A stretch of DNA of 63,356 bases, the filler included, from Octopus bimaculoides (Eukaryota), in assembly GCF_001194135.2 (NCBI RefSeq). It is 4 parts of 3 records of this genome, joined end to end, with 100 filler letters (N's around TTAATTAATTAA, not from the genome) between each part and the next. Parts side by side here need not be neighbours in the genome. Positions count along the whole stretch, not along the records: positions 33,091 to 55,435 come from NC_068986.1; positions 55,536 to 63,356 come from NC_068994.1; 2 more parts are not named here. One strand, given 5' to 3'. The notes below the pieces were generated by a model. It was not told the origin of the DNA. It ran no database searches and was given only the letters and a program-made list of their open reading frames with translations. Positions 52,180-63,356 of this stretch are shown in pieces. Numbering within the stretch: position 1 is the stretch's first letter; the number at the start of each line of letters is the position of its first letter. The position numbers were made by a program, and so were the translations under genes.

Positions 52180-52679
52180 TCTATCCATAAAATACTTCTC
52201 CAACCTTNNNNNNNNNNNNNNNNNNNNNNNNNNNNNNNNNNNNNNNNNNNNNNNNNNNNNNNNNNNNNNNNNNNNNNNNNNNNNNNNNNNNNNNNNNNNN
52301 NNNNNNNNNNNNNNNNNNNNNNNNNNNNNNNNNNNNNNNNNNNNNNNNNNNNNNNNNNNNNNNNNNNNNNNNNNNNNNNNNNNNNNNNNNNNNNNNNNNN
52401 NNNNNNNNNNNNNNNNNNNNNNNNNNNNNNNNNNNNNNNNNNNNNNNNNNNNNNNNNNNNNNNNNNNNNNNNNNNNNNNNNNNNNNNNNNNNNNNNNNNN
52501 NNNNNNNNNNNNNNNNNNNNNNNNNNNNNNNNNNNNNNNNNNNNNNNNNNNNNNNNNNNNNNNNNNNNNNNNNNNNNNNNNNNNNNNNNNNNNNNNNNNN
52601 NNNNNNNNNNNNNNNNNAGAGAGAGAGAGAGAAAGAGAGAGAAAGCAAAGATATTTTGTTCCACACAAGGAGGCAGCTC

Positions 52680-53530
52680 TGGCGCTACCTGGATGGTAGC
52701 TTTCCACAATTGACGTCCCTGTGGGACGTAGGCGCATGGGTCAAGCAGAGACCTAGAATATGAGAATGGCAGAAGGAGTGCAGACAAGCAATCACTCTGT
52801 TCTCCCGGGCGAGCAATACCAGCAGCGAGGCTACCACTGCGGATTTTTATAGAGGTTGGTAGAGTATGAGTCCGACGACACCCTAGGGGAGGCTCTAGGC
52901 TTCGATGAGGAACAACTAATCAGCCTGTTCGGAAGCACATTCGGGTTGAGGTATTTGGATAACTTCCAGAAATCCCTGGCTTGGTTGTGCTATCGATCAG
53001 CCTTACCGGTTCGAGAGAGGTTGTTGAGATACGGGTTTGACACCTCCCCCACATGTCTGATGTGCGGGCGCATCAATGAAACTGTCACACAGTGAAACCT
53101 TCGCACATTGTGAGGAGCTGAGGGAATTGATAACCTATGTCGAACAACTGATGTCGGATGCGGAAAGAGTACGGCTCTCGAGTCCATGATTAAGATCGCA
53201 CCGCCATCCTCCTTTAACAAGGAAAGGAAGGCATCTTTTTTCTGCGTAGAAGCGATACTGAAAGATACAGTATGGATGACACGTGCGAAAGGAATTGAGA
53301 CAGGCCACTTTATCTCCAGACACGGGCTGGTGAGTTCCTCCAACTTCCTCCTGTTAAGAAAGATCCGTCTGGAGAAAAGGTGCCTGCCTCAAAGTGTGTT
53401 CGAAAAATGATGGAAAACTGTTGTAAGGAAGCTGAGAGTGAATGGGACCGTGCTAGTGTAGCCGGTCAAGGCGAAAAAGGAGGAAAAAAGAACGAAAAAT
53501 AAGGGGAAAAAAGGAAAAAAATCGGCGGGT
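52680..53530 (+). mobile_element. Tx1/L1-clade LINE 3' end (zf-RVT/CCHC region + purine-rich tail)
   Basis: LDNFQKSLAWLCYRSALPVRERLLRYG....TCLMCG...ETV, followed by an A/G-rich 3' tail. Confidence 0.8.
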
Positions 53531-53574
53531 TAGACAAAAACCTAAGAACTATATTTTTAACCATTATATTTTTA

Positions 53575-55394
53575 CTCGCATTTCCATTACTCGATTGGTA
53601 TATGAGGGAGTTTGATTCCGCTGCTCTTGTCTGTGTCTTATGCCAGACCGTTAGTTCATCTGGTATTGTGGAGAGTGGGATGTCTAGTTTGTTTTTGAAG
53701 ACATCTACGTCCACATTATATAGATGTCTTAATTTTTGTGATAGGGCATTGAAGAGTTGTAGGCCTTTGAACCCTAGGATATTACAGAACCTGTTTCTGA
53801 ATTTAGACGACGTGAATGACACCTTTGGTGTAATGCAATGGCGTCCAGTTCTGGTATTTGTATAACATTCAATGCCTAAATTTGGGACTAGCCCTTCTAG
53901 AGTTTTCCATATATAGATTGTTACATAGCTGTCGCACCTTCGCTCCAGGGAGTAAAGTCGTAGTTCTTTCAGCCTCTCCCTGTAGCTCATCTGTTGCACT
54001 GTTTCAATCTTTTTAGTGTAGTGGCGTTGGACTGCTTCAAGCTCCGCTGTTAGTTTGGCACAATGTGGTGACCAAAGCTGAGAGCAGTAGTCCAGGCGGC
54101 TGAGAACAAGATGTCCTCCACAGGGTCAACATAACTTCTTGGTCTCTTGTCTTTAAGGACCTTAGTATCCATCCTTCCAGTTATCTGCCCTTCGTTGCCA
54201 TCTTGGTAACGTGCGTATAAAATGATGCCTTAATTCACATGCCCAGTCTTTTACTACCTGTGACTCTGGTATTGCAGTGCCTTCAGGCCCTGTATATACA
54301 GGCTGCTGTCATTCGTGAGTTGATAGTGCAGTGCTTGAAATCTTCCAGCATTAACTTGAATGGTGTTTACTTCAGCCCACTTGTATGTTTCATTCAGGTC
54401 CTGTTGTAGGCTTGCGACGTCAGCTGAATTTTTTATTGCCTGTGATTTTGTAACATCCGTGTAGCTAGTGACAGTGGATGTCCGAGTGACCATGGGCATG
54501 TCTAAGAGGGCTATTATAAACAGTAACGGCTCGAAGACAATTCTCTGGGGGACACCACTTAGAATTTGAGTTTCCTCAGAAAGGGCATTATTGGCTGCAA
54601 CCACCTGACTTCTGTCTTTAAGAAAGTTCTGCAGCCACTCTCCCAGTTTACCAGCAATGACATATTATGCCATGATCTTCTTTATCAAATGCTTCTGCAA
54701 AGTCAAAATATATCACACTGATATCTGAATGGCCAAGCAGCTGTTTCAAAACCCAGTCAGAGTGCTGCAAGAGCTGTGTGAGACAGCTTCTTCCTGGTTG
54801 AAAGCCATGCTATGTATTGTTCAGTAAGTCATTTATTTTCTTCTTAGAACATTGCCAGTTTCTTTTTGATGATTGTTCCATGACTTTACTGTGAAGTCAG
54901 GGAAATTGACCTGTAGTTTTGGGCCTCTGCTTTGCTACCACCTTAGTGGATAGGGCTTATAATGCCTTTTAGCTTTTTAAAGAAGTCTATCACCTGCAAG
55001 AAAACTCTGGAAAAGTATTTGAAGTAGTTTCGCTAAAGCCTGCTTACATGACTTGAGAATAGCTGGGAATCTATCAGGACCAGTTGCTGAGCTTGAGCTC
55101 ATTTTAGCTATGGCCGCTTTTACATCTATTCCCTCAATGTTGATAAAATCGATGGTTGGTGCCTTCTTTTGTAGGGCTGCTATACTAAAGAATTCAATCG
55201 AGATTTTATCTGCATGTGTCCCAGTGGTGAGTGAAGGCACTTTTAAGTTGTTCACTGAATACCTCATTTATCTTTTCTGGGTCCGCGGTCAGTAAGTCAT
55301 TCCCTTGGAACAATGGTCCTATTTTATATTGTATTGTGGTTGTTTCCTTTACGAATTTATAGAAAACTTTAGGGTTTGTTTTTATGTTTTCTAC

Positions 55395-55400
<6 letters not shown>
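53575..55400 (-). mobile_element. CR1-group LINE ORF2 (RT to C-terminus), decayed, tail-to-tail with the Tx1 3' end
   Basis: KMSSSSATGPDRFPAILKSCKQAL..LL..LF; SGVPQ...EPLLFII...YTD (YADD relic); SYRERLKELRLYSLERR...IYIWK.LEG; G.QLFN.L...LR.LY.V.V.VFK.KLD..L..IPDE...RAAESNSL.YQ. Confidence 0.9.
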
Positions 55401-55435
<35 letters not shown>

Positions 55436-55536
55436 NNNNNNNNNNNNNNNNNNNNNNNNNNNNNNNNNNNNNNNNNNNNTTAATTAATTAANNNNNNNNN
55501 NNNNNNNNNNNNNNNNNNNNNNNNNNNNNNNNNNNA

Positions 55537-56200
<664 letters not shown>

Positions 56201-58192
56201 CAGTGAAGGAGCCACAATGTGGTTGCTCAATTTTCTAGAAATAGCAACTAAATCTCCCTCCGATTACACCTTACTGTCTTACAAACAGGAGCAACACATC
56301 GGTTACGATGGGTTATGATGCCTGACGATGTACCCTTTCGAAAACACAAGAGGGTTGTAACTCGAACTTGGTCCATCCTAGGTCGTAAGAGCCAGAACTG
56401 ACTTGGGGTCTGCTAGTACTACTTCTACTACAAGTTCTACTTAGCTGAAGGGGGTGATTTTCTCAGTGGTCACTGGACCTGGTAGAAATAGCAGCCAAAT
56501 CTTGATCATATCCCACTTTGTCGTCTTAGAATAAATAGAAAACCACATTGTGATTCGGATTGTACTATGATGCAAAAAAAGACATGATGGTCATGATTGG
56601 AATGCTTTTTGAGGATAGATAGGTCTGACTTTGGGGTAGTGAGACAACTTGCTAGAAATAGCAGCGATGTCTCACTCGTGTCATGCTTTCCCTCTGTCTC
56701 AGAGCACAACACGCAAAATAAGATAACATGGTTCGGTTTGGGTTGGAATTATGGCAAGGAGGAAATATTGTGTTTAAGAATTGATGCTAACCAACTACAG
56801 CTACTACTACTCGCTACTACCACTACACTGTTACCTTTACTATACACCACTACCACCACCACTACCACAACTACTACTTCTACTACCACCGTCTTCCTTC
56901 TTCCTCTTCATCTCTGTCTTGTGCACTCCTTAACCAATAATTCTGTCTAGAGACGAAAGTGTGAAGATCTAGACAATGCCATGCCACCCTCCCCTCTGCT
57001 GTATTGTGGTTCCACCATATTCTCACCTTACCGAACTTCTGATTTTGTCTTTTGCGAACTCTCTTTAGTTTTTCTTTAGTTCATGTATGTAGATGTGTGT
57101 GTGTGTACACGTATATTATATATGCATATGTGTAAATATTTGTGAATATATTTATAGATAGATAGACAGATAGATAGGTAAATAGATAGATAGATAGATG
57201 ATGATGATGATGATGATGATAATGATAATAATGACTGCTGCACATGTGTGTGTGTGTGTGTGGTCATCCAGCTGTAGAAACTCTGCCAAATCAGATTGGA
57301 GCCTCGTGTCGCTTCCTGGTCCACCAGTCCTCAGTCAAATTGTCCCACCCATGCTAGCATGGAAAGCGGACGTTAAACGACGATGATGATGATGATAATG
57401 ATATATATATTTATATATGGATATATATATTATGTATATCTAAATGTTGTGACTACATGCCCATATATATACATACACAAATATATACATTATTCAAACA
57501 TATATATATATATATATATATAAATGGATACATACATACATTCATTTATACATAGACACAAGCACACATACTCATACACACACATCAATATTCCTTCACT
57601 GTTAATTTTCAATTTCTGAATGTCACACTGAATGTATAAATAATGTATTTATTTGTAATAATTAGCTGGGGGGGTTGTTGTTGTTGTTGTTGTTGTTGTT
57701 GCTGTTGTTGTTGTTGTCGTCGTCGTCGTCGTTTCGCGTTCATTCATTATAAATTAAATTGAAACTCCATTGGCTGCTCAGAACTTCTTGTTATCTTTCA
57801 TATTGATTTTGCCCCAAAGCTAAAGAGTATAAAAGCAAATTGTGTGTGTGTGTGTGTGTCTGTACATCTGTGTGTGTGTGTACCTGGGCGTGCGTATATA
57901 TATATATATGGTATATTACACAAATACAGATAAACACACGTATATATTAGAAACCAACAAGTGCTTAAACCTTATTGGGTTACTGGTTCATTGCACCGAA
58001 ACATTTTCTTTTTTTTTTTTTGTCTACATATGATGAGGTCGTCAAAGACATCAGTTTGCACATGATACAAAAGGCATCATCAATGTGCCGAGAGCAATAA
58101 CTGGTTTTCTTCTTCTTCGTCGTCGCCGTCATCTTCATCACCGCTGCCATCGTCATCACCACCACCACCACGACCATCATCATCATACTCTG

Positions 58193-58580
58193 CTCTTTTA
58201 CTCTTTTACTTGTTTCACTCATTTGACTGCCGCCATGCTGGAGCACCGCCTTTTAGTCGAACAAATCGCCCCCAAGACTACTTATTCTATCGGACTCTTT
58301 TGCTGAACCGCTAAGTTACGGGGGCGTAAACACACCAGCATTGGTTGTCAAGCGATGATGGGGGGGTCAAACACAGACCCACAAACACACACACATACAT
58401 AAATATATATATATAGATACGATGGGTTTCTTTCAGTTTCCATCTACCAAATCCACTCACAGGGCTTTGGTCAGCCCGAGGCTATAGTAGAAGACACTTG
58501 CCCAAGGTGCCACACAGTGGGACTGAACCCAGAACCATGTGGTTGGTAAGCAAGTTACTTACCACACAGCCACTCCTGCG
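58193..58580 (-). mobile_element. Family D SINE-like repeat with central microsatellite, full length
   Basis: Minus strand: head GGAGTGGCTGTGTGGTAAG...GGGTTCAGTCCC, CCTTGGGCAAGTGTC, internal (TA)/(TG) tract, and 3' end GCGGTGCTCCAGCATGGC.GCAGTCAAATGA.TGAAACAAG(TAAAAGAG)n. Other copies lie at 9047-9412 (+), 44228-44605 (-) and 49560-49975 (-). Halves lie at 39640-39790, 45380-45600, 45745-45895 and 50150-50345. Confidence 0.85.
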
Positions 58581-59134
58581 CCATGTCAACAATCATTGCT
58601 TAGCTTCAAGTCTGGTGTCCTTATCCATCAGAAAGGGAGCAAGATTGATTGCATGCACTTCAGCCAGGGCCTATCCCATCTTATCGTCAAATGTGGTATA
58701 AATAAGTATACCTCGGACAACATTATCCTACGTGACTCTTTACATTTCTTCATTTTTTTTTTTTCTTAATATCTTTTTGTTGAGACGGTCGGGTGTGTTT
58801 CGAGGNNNNNNNNNNNNNNNNNNNNNNNNNNNNNNNNNNNNNNNNNNNNNNNNNNNNNNNNNNNNNNNNNNNNNNNNNNNNNNNNNNNNNNNNNNNNNNN
58901 NNNNNNNNNNNNNNNNNNNNNNNNNNNNNNNNNNNNNNNNNNNNNNNNNNNNNNNNNNNNNNNNNNNNNNNNNNNNNNNNNNNNNNNNNNNNNNNNNNNN
59001 NNNNNNNNNNNNNNNNNNNNNNNNNNNNNNNNNNNNNNNNNNNNNNNNNNNNNNNNNNNNNNNNNNNNNNNNNNNNNNNNNNNNNNNNNNNNNNNNNNNN
59101 NNNNNNNNNNNNNNNNNNNNNNNNNNNNNNNNGG

Positions 59135-59139
59135 CTTTG

Positions 59140-59183
<44 letters not shown>

Positions 59184-59298
59184 TGTAGTAGAGGTAGTAG
59201 TAGTAGTAGTAATAGTAGTAGTAGTAGTAGTAATAGTAGTAGTAGTAGTAGTAGAGGTAGTAGTAGTTATAGTAATAGTAGTAGTAGTAATAGTAGTA

Positions 59299-59343
<45 letters not shown>

Positions 59344-59362
59344 ATGGCGGTGGTGGTGGTGT
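59135..59362. repeat. (GTA)n/(GTG)n trinucleotide tract
   Basis: Directly visible. Confidence 0.9.
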
Positions 59363-59681
59363 GGAAGGATGTAGATATTTCCTTAAATGGCAAACATTTA
59401 AGCATCAAATTGATTTAATTTCTTTTTGTTTTTTTATTCTCTAACCTCTTTCTAATCACTCTCCTCTTGCTACTCCCCTTTCTCTCTCTCTCTCTCTCTC
59501 TCTTATTTTAATTCCTTACTTTCCTTCAAACTCATTCCTCCCACCCCTCTTTCCTCCTGCCCCCATTTTCCTTCTTATCTCCTCTAATTCAAGACATATT
59601 CCTTCCTACTTCTTCTTTGTCCCCTCTCCCCCTTTTCCGTTCTCTCATTCTTCTTTCTCTTTCCAATATTCATTCCTATTC

Positions 59682-59744
<63 letters not shown>

Positions 59745-60830
59745 ACTCATTCTCCTTCATTCATTCTTTCACTCCTTCATTCATTCTTTCTTTTCTCTTA
59801 TTCCTTCTAATTCAAGACATATTCCTTCCTACTTCTTCTTCTTCATCTACCCTTGCCNNNNNNNNNNNNNNNNNNNNNNNNNNNNNNNNNNNNNNNNNNN
59901 NNNNNNNNNNNNNNNNNNNNNNNNNNNNNNNNNNNNNNNNNNNNNNNNNNNNNNNNNNNNNNNNNNNNNNNNNNNNNNNNNNNNNNNNNNNNNNNNNNNN
60001 NNNNNNNNNNNNNNNNNNNNNNNNNNNNNNNNNNNNNNNNNNNNNNNNNNNNNNNNNNNNNNNNNNNNNNNNNNNNNNNNNNNNNNNNNNNNNNNNNNNN
60101 NNNNNNNNNNNNNNNNNNNNNNNNNNNNNNNNNNNNNNNNNNNNNNNNNNNNNNNNNNNNNNNNNNNNNNNNNNNNNNNNNNNNNNNNNNNNNNNNNNNN
60201 NNNNNNNNNNNNNNNNNNNNNNNNNNNNNNNNNNNNNNNNNNNNNNNNNNNNNNNNNNNNNNNNNNNNNNNNNNNNNNNNNNNNNNNNNNNNNNNNNNNN
60301 NNNNNNNNNNNNNNNNNNNNNNNNNNNNNNNNNNNNNNNNNNNNNNNNNNNNNNNNNNNNNNNNNNNNNNNNNNNNNNNNNNNNNNNNNNNNNNNNNNNN
60401 NNNNNNNNNNNNNNNNNNNNNNNNNNNNNNNNNNNNNNNNNNNNNNNNNNNNNNNNNNNNNNNNNNNNNNNNNNNNNNNNNNNNNNNNNNNNNNNNNNNN
60501 NNNNNNNNNNNNNNNNNNNNNNNNNNNNNNNNNNNNNNNNNNNNNNNNNNNNNNNNNNNNNNNNNNNNNNNNNNNNNNNNNNNNNNNNNNNNNNNNNNNN
60601 NNNNNNNNNNNNNNNNNNNNNNNNNNNNNNNNNNNNNNNNNNNNNNNNNNNNNNNNNNNNNNNNNNNNNNNNNNNNNNNNNNNNNNNNNNNNNNNNNNNN
60701 NNNNNNNNNNNNNNNNNNNNNNNNNNNNNNNNNNNNNNNNNNNNNNNNNNNNNNNNNNNNNNNNNNNNNNNNNNNNNNNNNNNNNNNNNNNNNNNNNNNN
60801 NNNNNNNNNNNNNNNNNNNNNNNNNNNNNN

Positions 60831-60863
<33 letters not shown>

Positions 60864-61892
60864 ATGTATGTATGTATGTATATATGTACATATGTATATA
60901 TGTATGTATATATTATATGTGTGTATATATGTACATATATATGTATATATCATGTATATCTGTATTTATATATATAAACACATGTATATACATCTATATA
61001 AGCAGAAACATTCAGAAATGCATACAAGTGTATAATTGTGTGTGTGTGTGTATGTTTGTGTGTGTGTGTGTGTTTGTGTGTGTGTTAACCCATGTACACC
61101 CTAACCCTAACCCAAATTCCATTACATACATGTATACATTTGCACACACACACATACGCACACACACACACACACACACGTACACACACGCACCCACAAT
61201 CACGCGTACGCGCGCACACGAGCGTCGAGTGTTTCACATAGTTTCCCTTCGATGTTTCCTGATGATTCAAAGAACAGCTGACTTGTGTTCCATTTAAAAT
61301 TTCTCCGTTACCGAGCTCGCAGGAAGTAAAGCAATTTTGGAAGGATTTGGAAACAATGCACTGTTTAAAGTACACACAATAACTACCTACATCTGTGCTT
61401 ATGTGTGTGGGATTGCGATAAATATACACACACACTCTCTCTCTATATATATATATATACTTATATATACACACACGCGCACACATGTGTATCTATCTAC
61501 ATGTCTATCTACCTATCTACCTAGGTACAGACACACAAACCCATCTTTTATCTGTTGCATTTCATTCATGTGTTGTTGCTTATCGTCCGTCCCCCTTCCA
61601 CAGACCCTGCTCTTTGTTCTGCAGATTATACGAGGGGGGGGGGGCTTTTATGCGGCTGTGTATTCACTTTTCTTTCTTCTGTATACCAGGAAAGGAAACA
61701 GAAATACTTAAAACCCACACAGTTAATTAACTTACAAGGAAAAATACTCACACACAGATAGAAAGAGTTACGTATCTAGATAAATATTTATTTATATATA
61801 TGTATGTGTGCGTGTGTGTGTGTATGTATATATATGTGTGCGTGTGTGTGTGTATGTATATATATGTGTGCGTGTGTGTGTATGTATATATA

Positions 61893-61933
<41 letters not shown>

Positions 61934-62275
61934 TCNNNNNNNNNNNNNNNNNNNNNNNNNNNNNNNNNNNNNNNNNNNNNNNNNNNNNNNNNNNNNNNNN
62001 NNNNNNNNNNNNNNNNNNNNNNNNNNNNNNNNNNNNNNNNNNNNNNNNNNNNNNNNNNNNNNNNNNNNNNNNNNNNNNNNNNNNNNNNNNNNNNNNNNNN
62101 NNNNNNNNNNNNNNNNNNNNNNNNNNNNNNNNNNNNNNNNNNNNNNNNNNNNNNNNNNNNNNNNNNNNNNNNNNNNNNNNNNNNNNNNNNNNNNNNNNNN
62201 NNNNNNNNNNNNNNNNNNNNNNNNNNNNNNNNNNNNNNNNNNNNNNNNNNNNNNNNNNNNNNNNNNNNNNNNNNN

Positions 62276-62470
62276 TATATTCTTTATTGCCCACAGGGGG
62301 CTAAACACAGAGGGGACAAACAAAGACAGACAAACTGGATTAAGTCGATTACATCAATCCCCAGTGCGTAACTGGTACTTACTTAATTGACCCCAAAAGG
62401 ATGAAAGGCAAAGTTGATCTCGGTGGAATTTGAACTCAGAACATAACAGCAGCCGAAAAACCTCTAAGCA
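62276..62470 (-). mobile_element. Family A SINE (tail a), head missing
   Basis: TATTCTTTATTGCCCACAGGGGGCTAAACAC...GAATTTGAACTCAGAAC. Confidence 0.85.
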
Positions 62471-63236
62471 TATAAAGAAATGCGTTTGTTTGGGCATATA
62501 TAGAGATATGTTGAAAACCAAATATTTGTGCTTCACATAACCTCATTCCCTTCATCAAATCAACATTACCTGTACAGGTGCGTGGTGTGATTGCAAAGCA
62601 ACATGGGATGAGTTGTTTCGCTCAAGAACATGGCACACTGCCTGGTTCTGGAACTGAACCCATGTTCTCAGAATATGAGTGCAACACAATAACCACCTGG
62701 CTACATGCTTGTGTGTGTGTGTGTGTGATGGGATGAATTTGTATATTAACCATCATCTTCTTCCTGGTTCACCTCCTGATCTTTAATTAGAGGATTAATG
62801 AGTAGAGATCTGATTTTTTTTTTTTTTCTGTTTTGTGGTTTTCATGGTCAAAGTTAATCCCTCCTGATGCCTGTATATGTTGTTCTTGTGCTGATCCCAG
62901 ATTAGATCATTTTCCGAGAAATGGTTTCAGATTAATGCACTACTGTACTCATCTCTAATATTATCTCGTTTTTTGGGAAGATTATTGTACGTGTATGTTT
63001 AGGCGAGTGTGTATGTTTATGTGTGTGTGTGTATGTATGTACACATGCATACATGTATATATATAGACTTATATATACATACATCCATAAACAGATGTAC
63101 ACAGATATATATATATATATATAAAATACATACATACAGACATACATGTACATCCATATATATATCGGGGGAGAGAGAGAGATAGTGATCTATACACACA
63201 TTCAAACACACACGTATATAGACATGTGTATGTATG

Positions 63237-63273
<37 letters not shown>

Positions 63274-63325
63274 ATAGATAGATAGTGATATGTACATACA
63301 TATATAGACATGTATATATATGTAA

Positions 63326-63356
<31 letters not shown>

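Noticed and set aside
56321-56370. CTGACGA...ACCCT/AGGGT...GAAC hammerhead-like string (also CTGACGA at about 15294 and 23213)
   Set aside because: The GAAA, stem I and stem III geometry is not satisfied.
59617-61035. Long ORFs spanning N runs (also 1548-2003, 18906-19587, 39880-40645, 52077-52787, 61788-62390)
   Set aside because: They are artifacts of translating gaps as X.
61099-61113. (CCCTAA)2CCC telomere-like motif
   Set aside because: Only 2.5 units, which is expected by chance.

Overview
AT-rich, gappy animal genomic DNA saturated with microsatellites and retroposons. The SINE families and repeat load point to a coleoid cephalopod, most likely Octopus (inference). Only one host gene is supportable: an intact, intronless DPM1 (dolichol-phosphate mannosyltransferase catalytic subunit) at 35749-36477 (+). 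The rest is mobile DNA: R4/Dong-like elements in (TAA)n, a Penelope-like GIY-YIG element, Tx1/L1, CR1-group and RTE LINE fragments, a decayed Helitron, hAT and mariner relics, MITEs, and at least five modular SINE-like families. The most unusual signal is a set of minimal hammerhead-ribozyme motifs. One family is fused behind a tRNA-like Pol III head and a (TAA)n spacer, directly downstream of the Penelope endonuclease ORF, which suggests a tRNA-headed, hammerhead-bearing Penelope terminal repeat or Penelope-dependent SINE. A second family has a variant CCGAUGA core. Also notable are a SINE that targets AGAAA(C/T) and nests in its own head, a cluster of foldback RTE-derived repeats 3-6 kb downstream of DPM1, and an isolated miRNA-like hairpin. 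Repeat boundaries were read by eye and are approximate. Family labels A-F are my own working names.
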